Positions 27,643 to 36,781 of a DNA stretch of 64,000 nucleotides are shown in pieces. The notes under the pieces were generated by a model. The model was not told the origin of the DNA and made no database searches. It saw only the letters and a list, made by a program, of their open reading frames with translations. Positions within the stretch are counted from its first letter, which is position 1, and each line of letters starts with the position of its first letter. Origin of the DNA: a virus; IMG/VR virus record IMGVR_UViG_3300049927_000163, positions 1 to 64,000 of that record; one strand, 5' to 3'. Position numbers and translations under genes: made by a program.

Positions 27643-29142
27643 CTACAATCCGTATGGGTTATGACGCTGTACCATTCTCTCTACCCAATCATCTGTAACA
27701 CCAGAATCTCCAAGGAGATGTATGCCACAAGTAAGGGTACGTAATGCATCTGCGCAATGACTTGCATCATTATGCAGAGGTTTAGAGCCCCAACAACCTA
27801 ATTTAGCATTCCATGAGCGCTTATAGTTATCAAGATGTGCAACACCTTTACCACACTTAGATTCATCAAACCAAAATCTAGGGAAAAGATAACGTGTAGC
27901 ATCTATGCCTTCATCAACTGGAATATCTGAAACCAGAGTGAAGGTAAAGCCATTCTTTCGAGCAGTCTCAATACGCGTTAAGCCCGAGCCATACTCATGC
28001 GCGGCGGCATCATGAGGAACAAGGTGAGTGCCATAGATATAACGTTTTTCTTTTAAAAGCTTGAGGTAGTAGACTAAGGATTCATTGTTTCCTTCGATGT
28101 ATTCCAAAAAATGAATTTCTTTTCCTTCTATCTGGAACAGCCAAATTGCAGTACTGTCCCCGTAGCCTAAATCAAAACAGGTATGTACCGGAGCGTCTTC
28201 GGAGTAGTAAATTTCACTGATTCTACCCTGCTGGCGAGCATAACTTAGCTGCTGTGCATAGTAGGCACCAGTGATGGCAGTTTCAAAGGATTCAGCTGGC
28301 GTAGAAGGGTATTCACGCTTCATATCCTCTTGCTGCGTGGCCTGCTTTTTGACATACCATTGCTTTTGAGGAAGAGATAGCTTGATATCTTGACGCTCTA
28401 AAGATTCAAAGTAATCATTCTGTTCTTTTGTAATTACAACATGTTCATTCAGGAAGTAATCCTTACATTTATACCAAGGAAAGAAGTGAAAAAGATAATC
28501 CAGCTTAGTAAGCTTGGTCTTTTTGTCCTTGAGAGCTTGGGCCTCTTGACACATGTCATAAAAGTAACCGTCACGCCCTTCGGCTGTAGACTCTATAAAC
28601 ACAAACTGGCCAGCAGCAAGCGTGTTAAGTGAGCCAGTCACTATCTCCCTAGCTCTAGTAGTATCAACGGCTGAAATCTTGCCAAATTCGGAAATGTGGA
28701 GATATTGGAGCGTCGAGCCTCTCATAGAGGTGCCAACACGAAGCGAACTGCCATTGTTAAAAACAAGCTCGCGGGCACTATCAACCGTTGCTGAACGATA
28801 AGCCTTGAGCTGAAGGTCTAAAGAATCATAGGCAAACTTGATACGCTTGAACATGTAGGCCGCATCATCCATAGTATGGGCGATGATACCGGCAGATAAG
28901 TTGTCATTGAATAGGCAGCGGTCTAGGAAAAGTATACATACATATGTAGATATACCAAGCTGTCTAGCCTTGAGGATGATGTTGCAATGCCAGGTGTTGT
29001 TATAAAGTTCTTCTTGGGCCCAATTACACTTGAACTTAACCTTCTCACCCTCTTTGCCAATAATCCAATATAGATTATTCAGCCTCCACCAAGGGTCATC
29101 TAGATTCTTCCTGGCTTGCTCAATCTCTTGCTTAGTCGGCAT
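27643..29142 (-). CDS. terL: Terminase large subunit (A)
   Basis: ILKARQLGIST Walker A, LHISEFG Walker B, ESTAEG motif III, CFDLGYGDST nuclease motif, SHCADALR. Confidence 0.92.
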   Translation of the reverse strand: MPTKQEIEQARKNLDDPWWRLNNLYWIIGKEGEKVKFKCNWAQEELYNNTWHCNIILKARQLGISTYVCILFLDRCLFNDNLSAGIIAHTMDDAAYMFKRIKFAYDSLDLQLKAYRSATVDSARELVFNNGSSLRVGTSMRGSTLQYLHISEFGKISAVDTTRAREIVTGSLNTLAAGQFVFIESTAEGRDGYFYDMCQEAQALKDKKTKLTKLDYLFHFFPWYKCKDYFLNEHVVITKEQNDYFESLERQDIKLSLPQKQWYVKKQATQQEDMKREYPSTPAESFETAITGAYYAQQLSYARQQGRISEIYYSEDAPVHTCFDLGYGDSTAIWLFQIEGKEIHFLEYIEGNNESLVYYLKLLKEKRYIYGTHLVPHDAAAHEYGSGLTRIETARKNGFTFTLVSDIPVDEGIDATRYLFPRFWFDESKCGKGVAHLDNYKRSWNAKLGCWGSKPLHNDASHCADALRTLTCGIHLLGDSGVTDDWVERMVQRHNPYGL

Positions 29143-29677
29143 CGTTCTCTTTGTAAGTAGTTAGCTCTTTTGATTTGTTCGAAGTTGAATCCAGCAAAAA
29201 GCTTATTGGATTTGCTGCGTCCCCTGATACCTCTGTTCGCTCTTTCCAGCCATGACAATTTTGTAATACGAACTTAGTTAGATTTGCGTTAATTTCATTA
29301 AACAAACCCTTCTCAACTAGTTTACCTTGTTGCAATTCATGAGCTTTTTTTAAAGCTAAGGCAAAGTCTGCAGATTTATTAGCAAATTCATCAAGTCGTT
29401 GAGGCTCATATCCTTGCTGTAAAGCAAAGTTTTTTAACCAAATATTTCTTGGTACTTCAAACCACTTGATTAACAGTTCAGCTTCTTGTTCAAGACGTTC
29501 AAGAGTGTATATTTCAGGGATGGTGAGTTTATCTCTCGGAGGACCTGGATTGCCCTTAGAATATTGGTTTCCTAACATATGGAATTGGACGGCAGCTTTT
29601 TTCTTCAATTTCTTGCCAGAACTAACTCTCTTAGCAATATCAGATGCTTCTTTTCTTTTGGCATCTAAATCTGTCAT
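29132..29677 (-). CDS. terS: Terminase small subunit (gp3-like DNA packaging protein)
   Basis: GNQYSKGNPG, FALALKKA...GL...FVLQNCHGWKERTE; immediately upstream of TerL. Confidence 0.75.
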   Translation of the reverse strand: MTDLDAKRKEASDIAKRVSSGKKLKKKAAVQFHMLGNQYSKGNPGPPRDKLTIPEIYTLERLEQEAELLIKWFEVPRNIWLKNFALQQGYEPQRLDEFANKSADFALALKKAHELQQGKLVEKGLFNEINANLTKFVLQNCHGWKERTEVSGDAANPISFLLDSTSNKSKELTTYKENDAD

Positions 29678-29871
29678 AAGTTCCTCTCCGTTAATCAATC
29701 CCACGGTATCCCGTCCATCTATTTCCTTGCAAAGGATTCTTTTCTCTTGCTAGAATATCATTCTTATGTAATACTAGTCCCTATAGCAACACAGTCTCCC
29801 TTAACTCGCCTAGAGCGAATAGGTTGTAGCGTGTAGCTAGATTAACAAAAACAGTAAAATCTAGAGGTTAT

Positions 29872-30123
29872 ATGATAGGACTTAAATTTAAATTAATATT
29901 GCCAGAAAAAAGTAATCTTGGCTTCACATACATACAGATTGTTGGCAGGGTGCTTGTGACGCATGATGATTACAAGCATTGTGAGAATCATACAAGTCGC
30001 ACCTACAATTACGTTTTAGATTGCATAACAGACATTGGGTTTATGCAGATTACGGAGGAAGAATTTTCCGATGAGCTTAGCTATAGTATATATGAATTAG
30101 ATGCAAATTCAAAGATAAGTTAA
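29872..30123 (+). CDS. Hypothetical protein
   Basis: ORF with AGAGG SD-like sequence. Confidence 0.4.
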   Translation: MIGLKFKLILPEKSNLGFTYIQIVGRVLVTHDDYKHCENHTSRTYNYVLDCITDIGFMQITEEEFSDELSYSIYELDANSKIS

Positions 30124-30218
30124 CATGAAAGTCACAAATAATGATTGAAGCTTTAAAATTAGATATTTCACTAAGTTAAATTAGATGTTATCAATATTTT
30201 AGCTAACTCTTCGGGCAA

Positions 30219-30464
30219 TCATTCCCTGGTTGCCCTGATTATTTTATACACAGTTTTCCTATCAACCATTTCCCTCGAAATGAATCCTTTTTCCACTAAA
30301 TATTTCAAAGATAGTCCCACATTTTCTCTAGACATTTTGATATCTCTGGCAATTTGTTCATGAGAGACAACGATAAACTTATATTTTTTACCCAATAGGA
30401 CTAGATACTCTAGAACTATTTTTTGTTTTACCGATAAACCCATAATTTCCCTGTTTTCATACAA
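30219..30464 (-). CDS. Winged-helix HTH protein
   Basis: SHEQIARDIKMSRENVGLSLKYLVEKGFI. Confidence 0.7.
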   Translation of the reverse strand: MYENREIMGLSVKQKIVLEYLVLLGKKYKFIVVSHEQIARDIKMSRENVGLSLKYLVEKGFISREMVDRKTVYKIIRATRE

Positions 30465-30574
30465 TCGTAAATTTGGCCTATTCCAGGCTATTAGCTGAAT
30501 TCATTTTCTTCTTGGTGTCTTTTGTCATTAGAAGATTTATCGATGAATCCTGATCCTTTTAGAGGCCTAGATAT

Positions 30575-30940
30575 TTATTTTGTCTGATTATGATCTTGAG
30601 GAAAATAGAATCTACCTTTGCCTTGAAGCATTTCTTTCATATGAGGATGAAAATTAAGGAAGTCTTCTATTGTTTTATGAAATATATTTAACAAACCAAA
30701 AGGGATATTCATAGAAAATCTTTTATCAAAATCTAAATCAATAGTATCAATTATTTCTATTCTATCTCGCCCGTCATCATAAATTATTTTTATGCAATTA
30801 AAACCCAAGATAAATTTATGATCAATAGCGTCCGAATCTTTGAAAAGTTCTCTTACAATAACCTGTAAAGATATTTTTACCATTGCACTGCAGTCATTAC
30901 TGTTAAACGTTATCTCGTTAATATCTATATTAATATTCAT
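30575..30940 (-). CDS. Hypothetical protein
   Basis: AT-rich ORF in operon direction. Confidence 0.45.
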   Translation of the reverse strand: MNINIDINEITFNSNDCSAMVKISLQVIVRELFKDSDAIDHKFILGFNCIKIIYDDGRDRIEIIDTIDLDFDKRFSMNIPFGLLNIFHKTIEDFLNFHPHMKEMLQGKGRFYFPQDHNQTK

Positions 30941-30968
30941 TTAAATCCATGCTTAAATTTATTTATAC

Positions 30969-31217
30969 TCATTTCTTTTCAAGAAATTGTACATGACGTT
31001 TTTGTTCAGAAAGCGCCCATTCAAGTTCGTCTATTTTTTTTAAATTTTCATAGTTTACCTGCAGGGAAATCTCCCAATGATATTTAAAATATTTTTCCCA
31101 AGAACCTTCATGTCTTTCATGCAACTCCTGCATTATATCACTTGAATATTCTTCCTCAATTTCATTCATTATTTTTCCTTTAACTATATCTGTACTTTGC
31201 TTTGTATTCTTTCGCAA
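30969..31217 (-). CDS. Hypothetical protein
   Basis: ORF downstream of the rep gene; start uncertain. Confidence 0.4.
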   Translation of the reverse strand: MRKNTKQSTDIVKGKIMNEIEEEYSSDIMQELHERHEGSWEKYFKYHWEISLQVNYENLKKIDELEWALSEQKRHVQFLEKK

Positions 31218-31854
31218 TTTTAGTTAAAAAAGCTGCGACATTTTCAGGTTTTCCGTATTTTCTCCAGTAATCTTTTGTATCTTTGATTGCGGACTGTAAT
31301 TCAGCTTCGGAAAATTGATTTGCAATAATTTGCTTATCTTTGTCAGAAAGTATCGGTATTTGAAGGCAATGTGGTATAGATTTATTGACGTAAGTCCAGG
31401 AACGCTGCCGATTTTCAAAAACTTTGAAATTAGAATCATCCATAGTGAGTAACGTTCCTTTACTTGTTCTAGATATTCTAGATAGTGTCGGAAACTGTGT
31501 CGGACTATCTCTAGAAATATCTACTTTTCTAAAAATATTCCTATCCTTTGTGTCTAATTTTAAAAGATTATCTGATATAAAGTAAAGTAATGATTGATAT
31601 GCTTTTTTAATTGTGCTCATCCAACCATAAGATAAGAATTTCTTGACCGCCTCAATAACTGTATCGCGACAACATCCAACCATACGAGCAATTGTGCTTT
31701 GACTGGGCCTGGTTACATAGCAATGCTTATTAAACCAGCATAGGAGTTGCCAGATTTGCTTTTGATGATAACTAAGCATTTCGAAAGATATCAGGAAGTT
31801 TTGTTGCTCTTCTGTAGGTTTGAATTCTGTTTGTGTTTGAGCTTTTTGTGACAT
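31180..31854 (-). CDS. HTH replication initiator-like protein
   Basis: PSQSTIARMVGCCRDTVIEAVKKF HTH, low-complexity linker, C-terminal NVAAFL; GGAGG SD before ATG at 31854. Confidence 0.7.
   Translation of the reverse strand: MSQKAQTQTEFKPTEEQQNFLISFEMLSYHQKQIWQLLCWFNKHCYVTRPSQSTIARMVGCCRDTVIEAVKKFLSYGWMSTIKKAYQSLLYFISDNLLKLDTKDRNIFRKVDISRDSPTQFPTLSRISRTSKGTLLTMDDSNFKVFENRQRSWTYVNKSIPHCLQIPILSDKDKQIIANQFSEAELQSAIKDTKDYWRKYGKPENVAAFLTKIAKEYKAKYRYS
31467..31540. repeat. Iteron-like direct/inverted repeat cluster inside the rep gene (candidate ori)
   Basis: TTCTAGATA x2, GTGTCGGA x2, flanking inverted TAGATATT..CTAGA..TAGT. Confidence 0.5.
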
Positions 31855-32071
31855 TTTATTCTTCCTCCGAAGATTGTGTTGGTTTAAAACACTCGGAGAA
31901 AGTACCATTAGAATTATCCTTACAAGATATTCTTTAGGTTTCCTTTCTTCTCTTCCGAGCGAACGAGGGTTGTGTTTCCTAAATGACAATAGGGCCGTGT
32001 AAACAGCGGCCCTTTGTTATTTACGTCCTTTTTATATACGCCTCACAGCCAATTTCCGCCTACTTATTTCC

Positions 32072-32099
32072 AAAAAAAAAGCCCCGCACACTGCGAGGC
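32072..32099 (-). terminator. Intrinsic terminator after the ERF gene
   Basis: GCCTCGCA-GTG-TGCGGGGC followed by T9 on the minus strand. Confidence 0.75.
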
Positions 32100-32130
32100 C
32101 CCGACCAACATCCTTCACAAAATCTATCCA

Positions 32131-32823
32131 TTAAGCTACGGATGCAGGTCTATCTTTCCACTCTTTCATACTCGAGCTAAATTGTGCTACTTTTTCATCT
32201 GTTGACAGCGCACTTGCTATGAGTTCCGCTCTTGTCTTTTTCGGATACTTTTCCACTAAGTATTCTAGAAACTTTGTCACATCATCCTCGCCTACTAGAT
32301 TTCCAGTGGCACAGACGGCCTTTTGCAGCCTCACTGTTGAATGATCTATAGCTATAGGCTGTGTAGACCCTGATAGGCTCATATTCATTGGTTCTACTGG
32401 CCTTTGCATGTGTCTTGATTCCTCTTTCTGGGTAGCCTTCCTTTCGGATTCACCATCATCATCAAAAGTTGATAGGCCTATCAGGGAGCTAAGAGAATAT
32501 CTCCTAAAATAGGTCGTAGATCCTCCTATCGACTGTGAGTCACCTTTTCCTGCAGGCAAAAGCACCCTTCCTTTTATCCATTGCCCCGATTTGTGCAGCA
32601 ATCTCGTGACTAGATAGTTCTTTTCGTTTTCTACCTCGTATGTCATGACAACGCTTAACCCATTATCCTTCAAAGGCTTTTTGCATGCTTGCATAACTGT
32701 ATGTAAATCAGCGTATTTGCTCTTAAAATATGGATTTGCGCTATTTTCAACAGCACCTTCAATTTCTCCCTGCGCTATGGATAACGCTGTAGCTAATTGG
32801 TCTAGTTGTTCTGATTGCATCAT
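32131..32823 (-). CDS. erf: ERF-family single-strand annealing recombinase
   Basis: NPYFKSKYADL...QSIGGSTTYFRRYSL..L.G....DDDG. Confidence 0.92.
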   Translation of the reverse strand: MMQSEQLDQLATALSIAQGEIEGAVENSANPYFKSKYADLHTVMQACKKPLKDNGLSVVMTYEVENEKNYLVTRLLHKSGQWIKGRVLLPAGKGDSQSIGGSTTYFRRYSLSSLIGLSTFDDDGESERKATQKEESRHMQRPVEPMNMSLSGSTQPIAIDHSTVRLQKAVCATGNLVGEDDVTKFLEYLVEKYPKKTRAELIASALSTDEKVAQFSSSMKEWKDRPASVA

Positions 32824-33071
32824 GCCCTCATCATGTTATGGATTTCTTCTAGTGCTTTTTCTCTTTGTGCCAGATTCTCTTTTGTCTCTTCTTGGATTTC
32901 TTGGCATCTACCTGACCAATATTCCGAATGGTCCTTCCAAAATGCTATGTCACTCTCTGAATCCTTGAGCTCTAGCTTCAAACGCTCGTTCTCTTTTTTA
33001 AGATTGTTTAGGTAAGCGAGAAATTGTACTGGATCAAAAAACTTGTAATCTTTTAGATTGTCATCATTCAT
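32820..33071 (-). CDS. Coiled-coil hypothetical protein
   Basis: ORF coupled to erf. Confidence 0.5.
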   Translation of the reverse strand: MNDDNLKDYKFFDPVQFLAYLNNLKKENERLKLELKDSESDIAFWKDHSEYWSGRCQEIQEETKENLAQREKALEEIHNMMRA

Positions 33072-33111
33072 AGGTAACCTCTATGTGTTTGTGTTAAATA
33101 ATAAGAGCCGG

Positions 33112-33146
33112 CCCTCTAGGTTCTGATCCTTCCTAGAGGGTTTTTT
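33112..33146 (+). terminator. Hairpin with U-tract on the + strand
   Basis: CCCTCTAGG-N11-CCTAGAGGG-TTTTTT. Confidence 0.5.
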
Positions 33147-33180
33147 CTTTCTGTATACACTATTGCATAATTCTTATCTT

Positions 33181-33810
33181 CTAGTCAATATCAAAGTTAT
33201 TTGCTTTATCTTCCCAATATTTATTTGCCTCGTCAATGCATTCCTGGAGCACTTTTTGGCTAAAAGTAAATTCATAAACTTTCGGTGCAACTGCTTCATA
33301 AGTCATAATATTCATACCAGTAAAACCGTCCATGATAGGCTGTCCATCATTATTTACTAGATTTACTTTCTTATGACGCAGGTTAATCCAGCGCATCTTG
33401 GTTCCAATTTCTATTTTGTTAGCTGATACGAGATACCAGTAAAAGTGTGCCTGCATATTCCAAATCTTCTCGTTCGCTTTCGCGGAGGTCTTATAATCTA
33501 TGAGTATTGGTCCATCTGCAGAATCTATGATCGCGTCCATCTGGCCAGTTATCATGAGATTGTCATCAAAGAGCCTGGCTTCCATGACGAGATATTTTGG
33601 ATCTGCTTTTTCATACCATTGAAGGAATGAGTTAAAGTAGGCACGCTCTCTATCACATTTGTGCTCATAGGGCTGTTTTAGGATGTATTTCTGAATTGAC
33701 TCATGGACATTTGTTCCTATTTGAGCCTTGGCTGCTAGAACATCGTGGTCTATAGATCCAAAGTTCTGAAGTCTTGCTAAAATATCACTGACTCGTACGT
33801 AGTTTTTCAT
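33181..33810 (-). CDS. PD-(D/E)XK exonuclease (RecB/Cas4-like), probable partner of ERF
   Basis: GTNVH, E.RL...GQMDAI, LIDYKTS, Q...Y motifs. Confidence 0.85.
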   Translation of the reverse strand: MKNYVRVSDILARLQNFGSIDHDVLAAKAQIGTNVHESIQKYILKQPYEHKCDRERAYFNSFLQWYEKADPKYLVMEARLFDDNLMITGQMDAIIDSADGPILIDYKTSAKANEKIWNMQAHFYWYLVSANKIEIGTKMRWINLRHKKVNLVNNDGQPIMDGFTGMNIMTYEAVAPKVYEFTFSQKVLQECIDEANKYWEDKANNFDID

Positions 33811-33882
33811 GTAACCTCCTGTTATTTCTCCTTGCATATTATTACAAGACTATGATTTAATACAAGCACAAAGGAGGTAATC

Positions 33883-34062
33883 GTGAAATTAGAAGCCTAT
33901 TTAGAGAAGCATAAAATGAGTCCTTTTGACTTTGCAGCACTCATACAGTGTAGTGTGGACACTGTTTTTAGATGGAAGAGAGGCGTTACGCCTTCAAAAG
34001 TATATCAGAGACAGATTGAAGAGAAAACTAAAGGTCAAATAAAACAAAGGGATTGGGTGTGA
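33883..34062 (+). CDS. Cro/YdaS-like HTH regulator (59 aa; not in the ORF track)
   Basis: MKLEAYLEKHKMSPFDFAALIQCSVDTVFRWKRGVTPS...IEEKTKGQI; AAGGAGG SD; GTG start. Confidence 0.8.
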   Translation: MKLEAYLEKHKMSPFDFAALIQCSVDTVFRWKRGVTPSKVYQRQIEEKTKGQIKQRDWV

Positions 34063-34514
34063 AAAAGAGTGATATTGAGGTACTGGGTGAAAATGATTAC
34101 TTAACCGTTCAGGAAGCGGCTGTTTTCATGGGTGTTTGTACACAGTGTGTTTACAAGGCTATTTACAGGAAGAAGCTTGAGTTCAAAAAGATCAAGGTGC
34201 TTCTAGACAATGGCTTTATGAAATGGAGGACGTATACAACTAAATGCTGGATAGCAAATTATAAAGCAATCATGCATGACAAGGACACTATGCGATGGAA
34301 TGGGAGGCCAATGTTTATACCCAAAGAAGGCAAGCTTAGTACTCATCAGGCTTATGAATATCTTGGGATGACTAAAAATATGCTGGCGCATTACACGAGA
34401 ACTGGTCAGCTAAAATATACGAGGAAAGGGTACTACTATGTCTATGATGTAGAAGACCTGGATGCTTTACGTGAATCTATTGAAGAAAAAGCTAAGCTAC
34501 TAAAGACTGGGTAA
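34059..34514 (+). CDS. Tandem excisionase-like (HTH_17/MerR) DNA-binding protein
   Basis: LTVQEAAVFMGV...VYKAI and LSTHQAYEYLGM...G.L...YYVYD.EDLD. Confidence 0.7.
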   Translation: MKKSDIEVLGENDYLTVQEAAVFMGVCTQCVYKAIYRKKLEFKKIKVLLDNGFMKWRTYTTKCWIANYKAIMHDKDTMRWNGRPMFIPKEGKLSTHQAYEYLGMTKNMLAHYTRTGQLKYTRKGYYYVYDVEDLDALRESIEEKAKLLKTG

Positions 34515-34529
34515 AACCAAGGAGGTTTT

Positions 34530-34772
34530 ATGTCTATGACACAAAGAGAGATTTATAACGAAGGTCGTAACGACTGGGTTCTAAATCAGAATTTTCAAAC
34601 CGAGATGGAATATGGTCACACTCAAGCTGATGCTATGGTTCGTCCTTCTCAATCTGTGGTTTATGCTGACAGTGCTATACCTAGGATTCCGTCATGTCTT
34701 GAGGATGTGTGGCAATTTCCTGAAGCGGACCCAATGATTAGGATGCCAAATAAAATAAATAAAAGAGATTGA
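34530..34772 (+). CDS. Hypothetical protein
   Basis: AAGGAGG SD and ORF. Confidence 0.6.
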   Translation: MSMTQREIYNEGRNDWVLNQNFQTEMEYGHTQADAMVRPSQSVVYADSAIPRIPSCLEDVWQFPEADPMIRMPNKINKRD

Positions 34773-34793
34773 TCTAAAATATTTTCAGCAAGT

Positions 34794-35210
34794 ATGAGTG
34801 TCTTTACAAAAGAGACACTCATGTACCTGTTTGAGATACACCAGAAGCCTATTCCTCAAAAGCAAACGCAATGGGGAAGGGGTAAGGGTTACGACCCTAG
34901 CAAAAAAGATAAAGAGACGTTAATTTGGCAGATACGAGCCTATGCTCCAATTAAGCCTATAGAAGGGCCAGTATTGGTCGATATTATGTTTTACATGCCA
35001 ATACCCAAGACCTCGAAGATACAAGCTAGAAACATGGCTAACGGGGCAATTTTGCCAATTAAGAGACCTGATGTTGACAATCTAGCATATCTGATAACGA
35101 ATGCCATGAAGGGCATCTTCTATGAGGATGACTCACAAATTGTAGATCTATTGCTACACAAGCGATACGGGGAACAGACAAAAACAGTTGTAAAGGTAAT
35201 TGAATTGTGA
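34794..35210 (+). CDS. rusA: RusA-family Holliday junction resolvase (A)
   Basis: KRPDVDNL...MKGIFYEDDSQIV. Confidence 0.9.
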   Translation: MSVFTKETLMYLFEIHQKPIPQKQTQWGRGKGYDPSKKDKETLIWQIRAYAPIKPIEGPVLVDIMFYMPIPKTSKIQARNMANGAILPIKRPDVDNLAYLITNAMKGIFYEDDSQIVDLLLHKRYGEQTKTVVKVIEL

Positions 35211-35401
35211 AAATTGTATTTGAACAGGATGAAGGGACAGAGTTTTTTGAGATACAGCTTACCGAAAGGGAGATTAAAGATCTTTTGTCCTATAAGGGTT
35301 TTGAAGAGAAATTATTGATTAAAAAGAGACCTACCAGCATTTACGTAAGGAGAATATCAAATGCCACTATCGAAGGGGAAGAGCAAGGAAATTATTTCTA
35401 A
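35207..35401 (+). CDS. Hypothetical protein
   Basis: GTGA overlap with rusA. Confidence 0.45.
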   Translation: MKIVFEQDEGTEFFEIQLTEREIKDLLSYKGFEEKLLIKKRPTSIYVRRISNATIEGEEQGNYF

Positions 35402-35513
35402 AAATATTAAGACAGAAATTGCTCACGGAAAACCACAAAAACAAGCAGTTGCAATTTCTTTAGAAAAAGCAAGAGAATCTGGGGCAAAAATACCTAAGAA
35501 AAAGGCTAAATAA
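35361..35513 (+). CDS. Small basic phage protein (MPLSKGKSKEIISKNI...KPQKQAVAI family)
   Basis: Recognisable widespread phage mini-protein motif; AAGGAG SD. Confidence 0.7.
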   Translation: MPLSKGKSKEIISKNIKTEIAHGKPQKQAVAISLEKARESGAKIPKKKAK

Positions 35514-35704
35514 TGAAAATTGATGAAGATATTGATAAAGTCTTAGATGCAGTGATTGATATTGCAAGCCAGGGGGTACCTATACAGGCAATTATTCGCT
35601 CATTGATAAAGAATCAAGCCAATACCCAGGTTAGCCTTAATGAAATTAGAAAAGAGTTTGAACAATTTAAAGCACTAATTAACGAGGAAGACGATGACGA
35701 ATGA
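35513..35704 (+). CDS. Hypothetical protein
   Basis: TAATG coupling to the upstream gene. Confidence 0.5.
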   Translation: MKIDEDIDKVLDAVIDIASQGVPIQAIIRSLIKNQANTQVSLNEIRKEFEQFKALINEEDDDE

Positions 35705-35906
35705 TTGGAAAATTGCTAGTGAAGTATTGCCAGAGATTGGCAAAAAAGTAGATGTGAAGATACTTAGCTATGCTATGGGCACAAGGACTGGAGAGTCCAA
35801 CTTCCTATTGGATGAATCGGGGATGACAACTAGTACTGTAATTGCTTGGAAAAATACGGATGTGAAAGATGAAAATATTGAACTACAAAGAGCTGAACAA
35901 GGGTAA
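35694..35906 (+). CDS. Hypothetical protein (DUF551-like W..ASE.LP...VIAW)
   Basis: Weak motif similarity. Confidence 0.4.
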   Translation: MTNDWKIASEVLPEIGKKVDVKILSYAMGTRTGESNFLLDESGMTTSTVIAWKNTDVKDENIELQRAEQG

Positions 35907-36186
35907 TATCACAGCAAGTTTTGATGTTGTGATTGAGGAATGGGGTATCACTATCAAGAGATGTGGACTTTTTTTATCAAAAGATAAGCGTTTCATAGGG
36001 TTTCCCTCGTATAAGTATGATGATGCTGAAGGCAAAGTAAAATATGCACCCTATGTTTTCATGGAAAAGACTCGAAAGGAGCGCTTTGATAAGAGTGTTA
36101 TTGCTTTGCTAGATGCTGGTACTTTTGAAAGGGCGGATGCTCCAAAGATTGAAGAAAGAAAGTTTGATGAGGAGTGTCCATTTTGA
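35869..36186 (+). CDS. SpoVG-like ssDNA-binding protein with acidic PF tail
   Basis: ASFDVVI...I....LF....RFIGFPS..Y; ends FDEECPF like an SSB C-terminal tail. Confidence 0.65.
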   Translation: MKILNYKELNKGNITASFDVVIEEWGITIKRCGLFLSKDKRFIGFPSYKYDDAEGKVKYAPYVFMEKTRKERFDKSVIALLDAGTFERADAPKIEERKFDEECPF

Positions 36187-36380
36187 ACCATAAAGAACGC
36201 GAAGAGCTTGGTATCAAGCTTAAACAGGCTAGAATTTCAAAAAGACTTACTCCTGCCCAAGTCTCTAGTAGAATTGGGCATCATTTTAGCTTGATAGAGA
36301 GATTAGAGCGTGGAGAAGTTACTTTGATCAATGAAGCAATGCTCCAAGACCTATTCAAGAATCTTGATATTGAACTTTAA
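36174..36380 (+). CDS. XRE-family HTH regulator
   Basis: LKQARISKRLT..QVS..IG.....IERLERGE. Confidence 0.75.
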   Translation: MSILNHKEREELGIKLKQARISKRLTPAQVSSRIGHHFSLIERLERGEVTLINEAMLQDLFKNLDIEL

Positions 36381-36781
36381 GATAATGCATCCAGGAGGTC
36401 TTTTTGGATCTCCTTTTCACCCGTACTAAATGCCACAATTTCTTTTTCTTGAAGTGGTGGCAATGGTGGGAAGATTTCATCTGCTCTTAGGAGTCTAGGG
36501 ATGTAGCGTCTGGATTGCTGTACAACCATCATAGAACGGGCGAGGCTCAACGAACAATACCCAGTGGCTACTATGGCACAGGTCAAGGCTGAAAGCTCCA
36601 AGGATGGGCAGTATATCTTGCCATCAAATACTAGGAATGAGAGTTCATAGACCTTACGGGCAAGTTGTCCACTAGCTCCAGCAAAGGCTAGAGAACCTAG
36701 GAGTTTCGCTGATTTCAAGGCTATTGGTGGTAGGCTTGTAGGTATATAGCTCTTAAGGCTTTCGAAGCATTTCATGGGCAC
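36377..36781 (-). CDS. Membrane protein with two hydrophobic segments (Inc/holin-like?)
   Basis: Last gene of the tail operon; two hydrophobic helices. Confidence 0.4.
   Translation of the reverse strand: MPMKCFESLKSYIPTSLPPIALKSAKLLGSLAFAGASGQLARKVYELSFLVFDGKIYCPSLELSALTCAIVATGYCSLSLARSMMVVQQSRRYIPRLLRADEIFPPLPPLQEKEIVAFSTGEKEIQKDLLDALS

Noticed and set aside
33181-33810. Cas4/CRISPR association of the PD-(D/E)XK nuclease
   Set aside because: No Fe-S cysteine cluster or array; context near ERF indicates a recombination exonuclease
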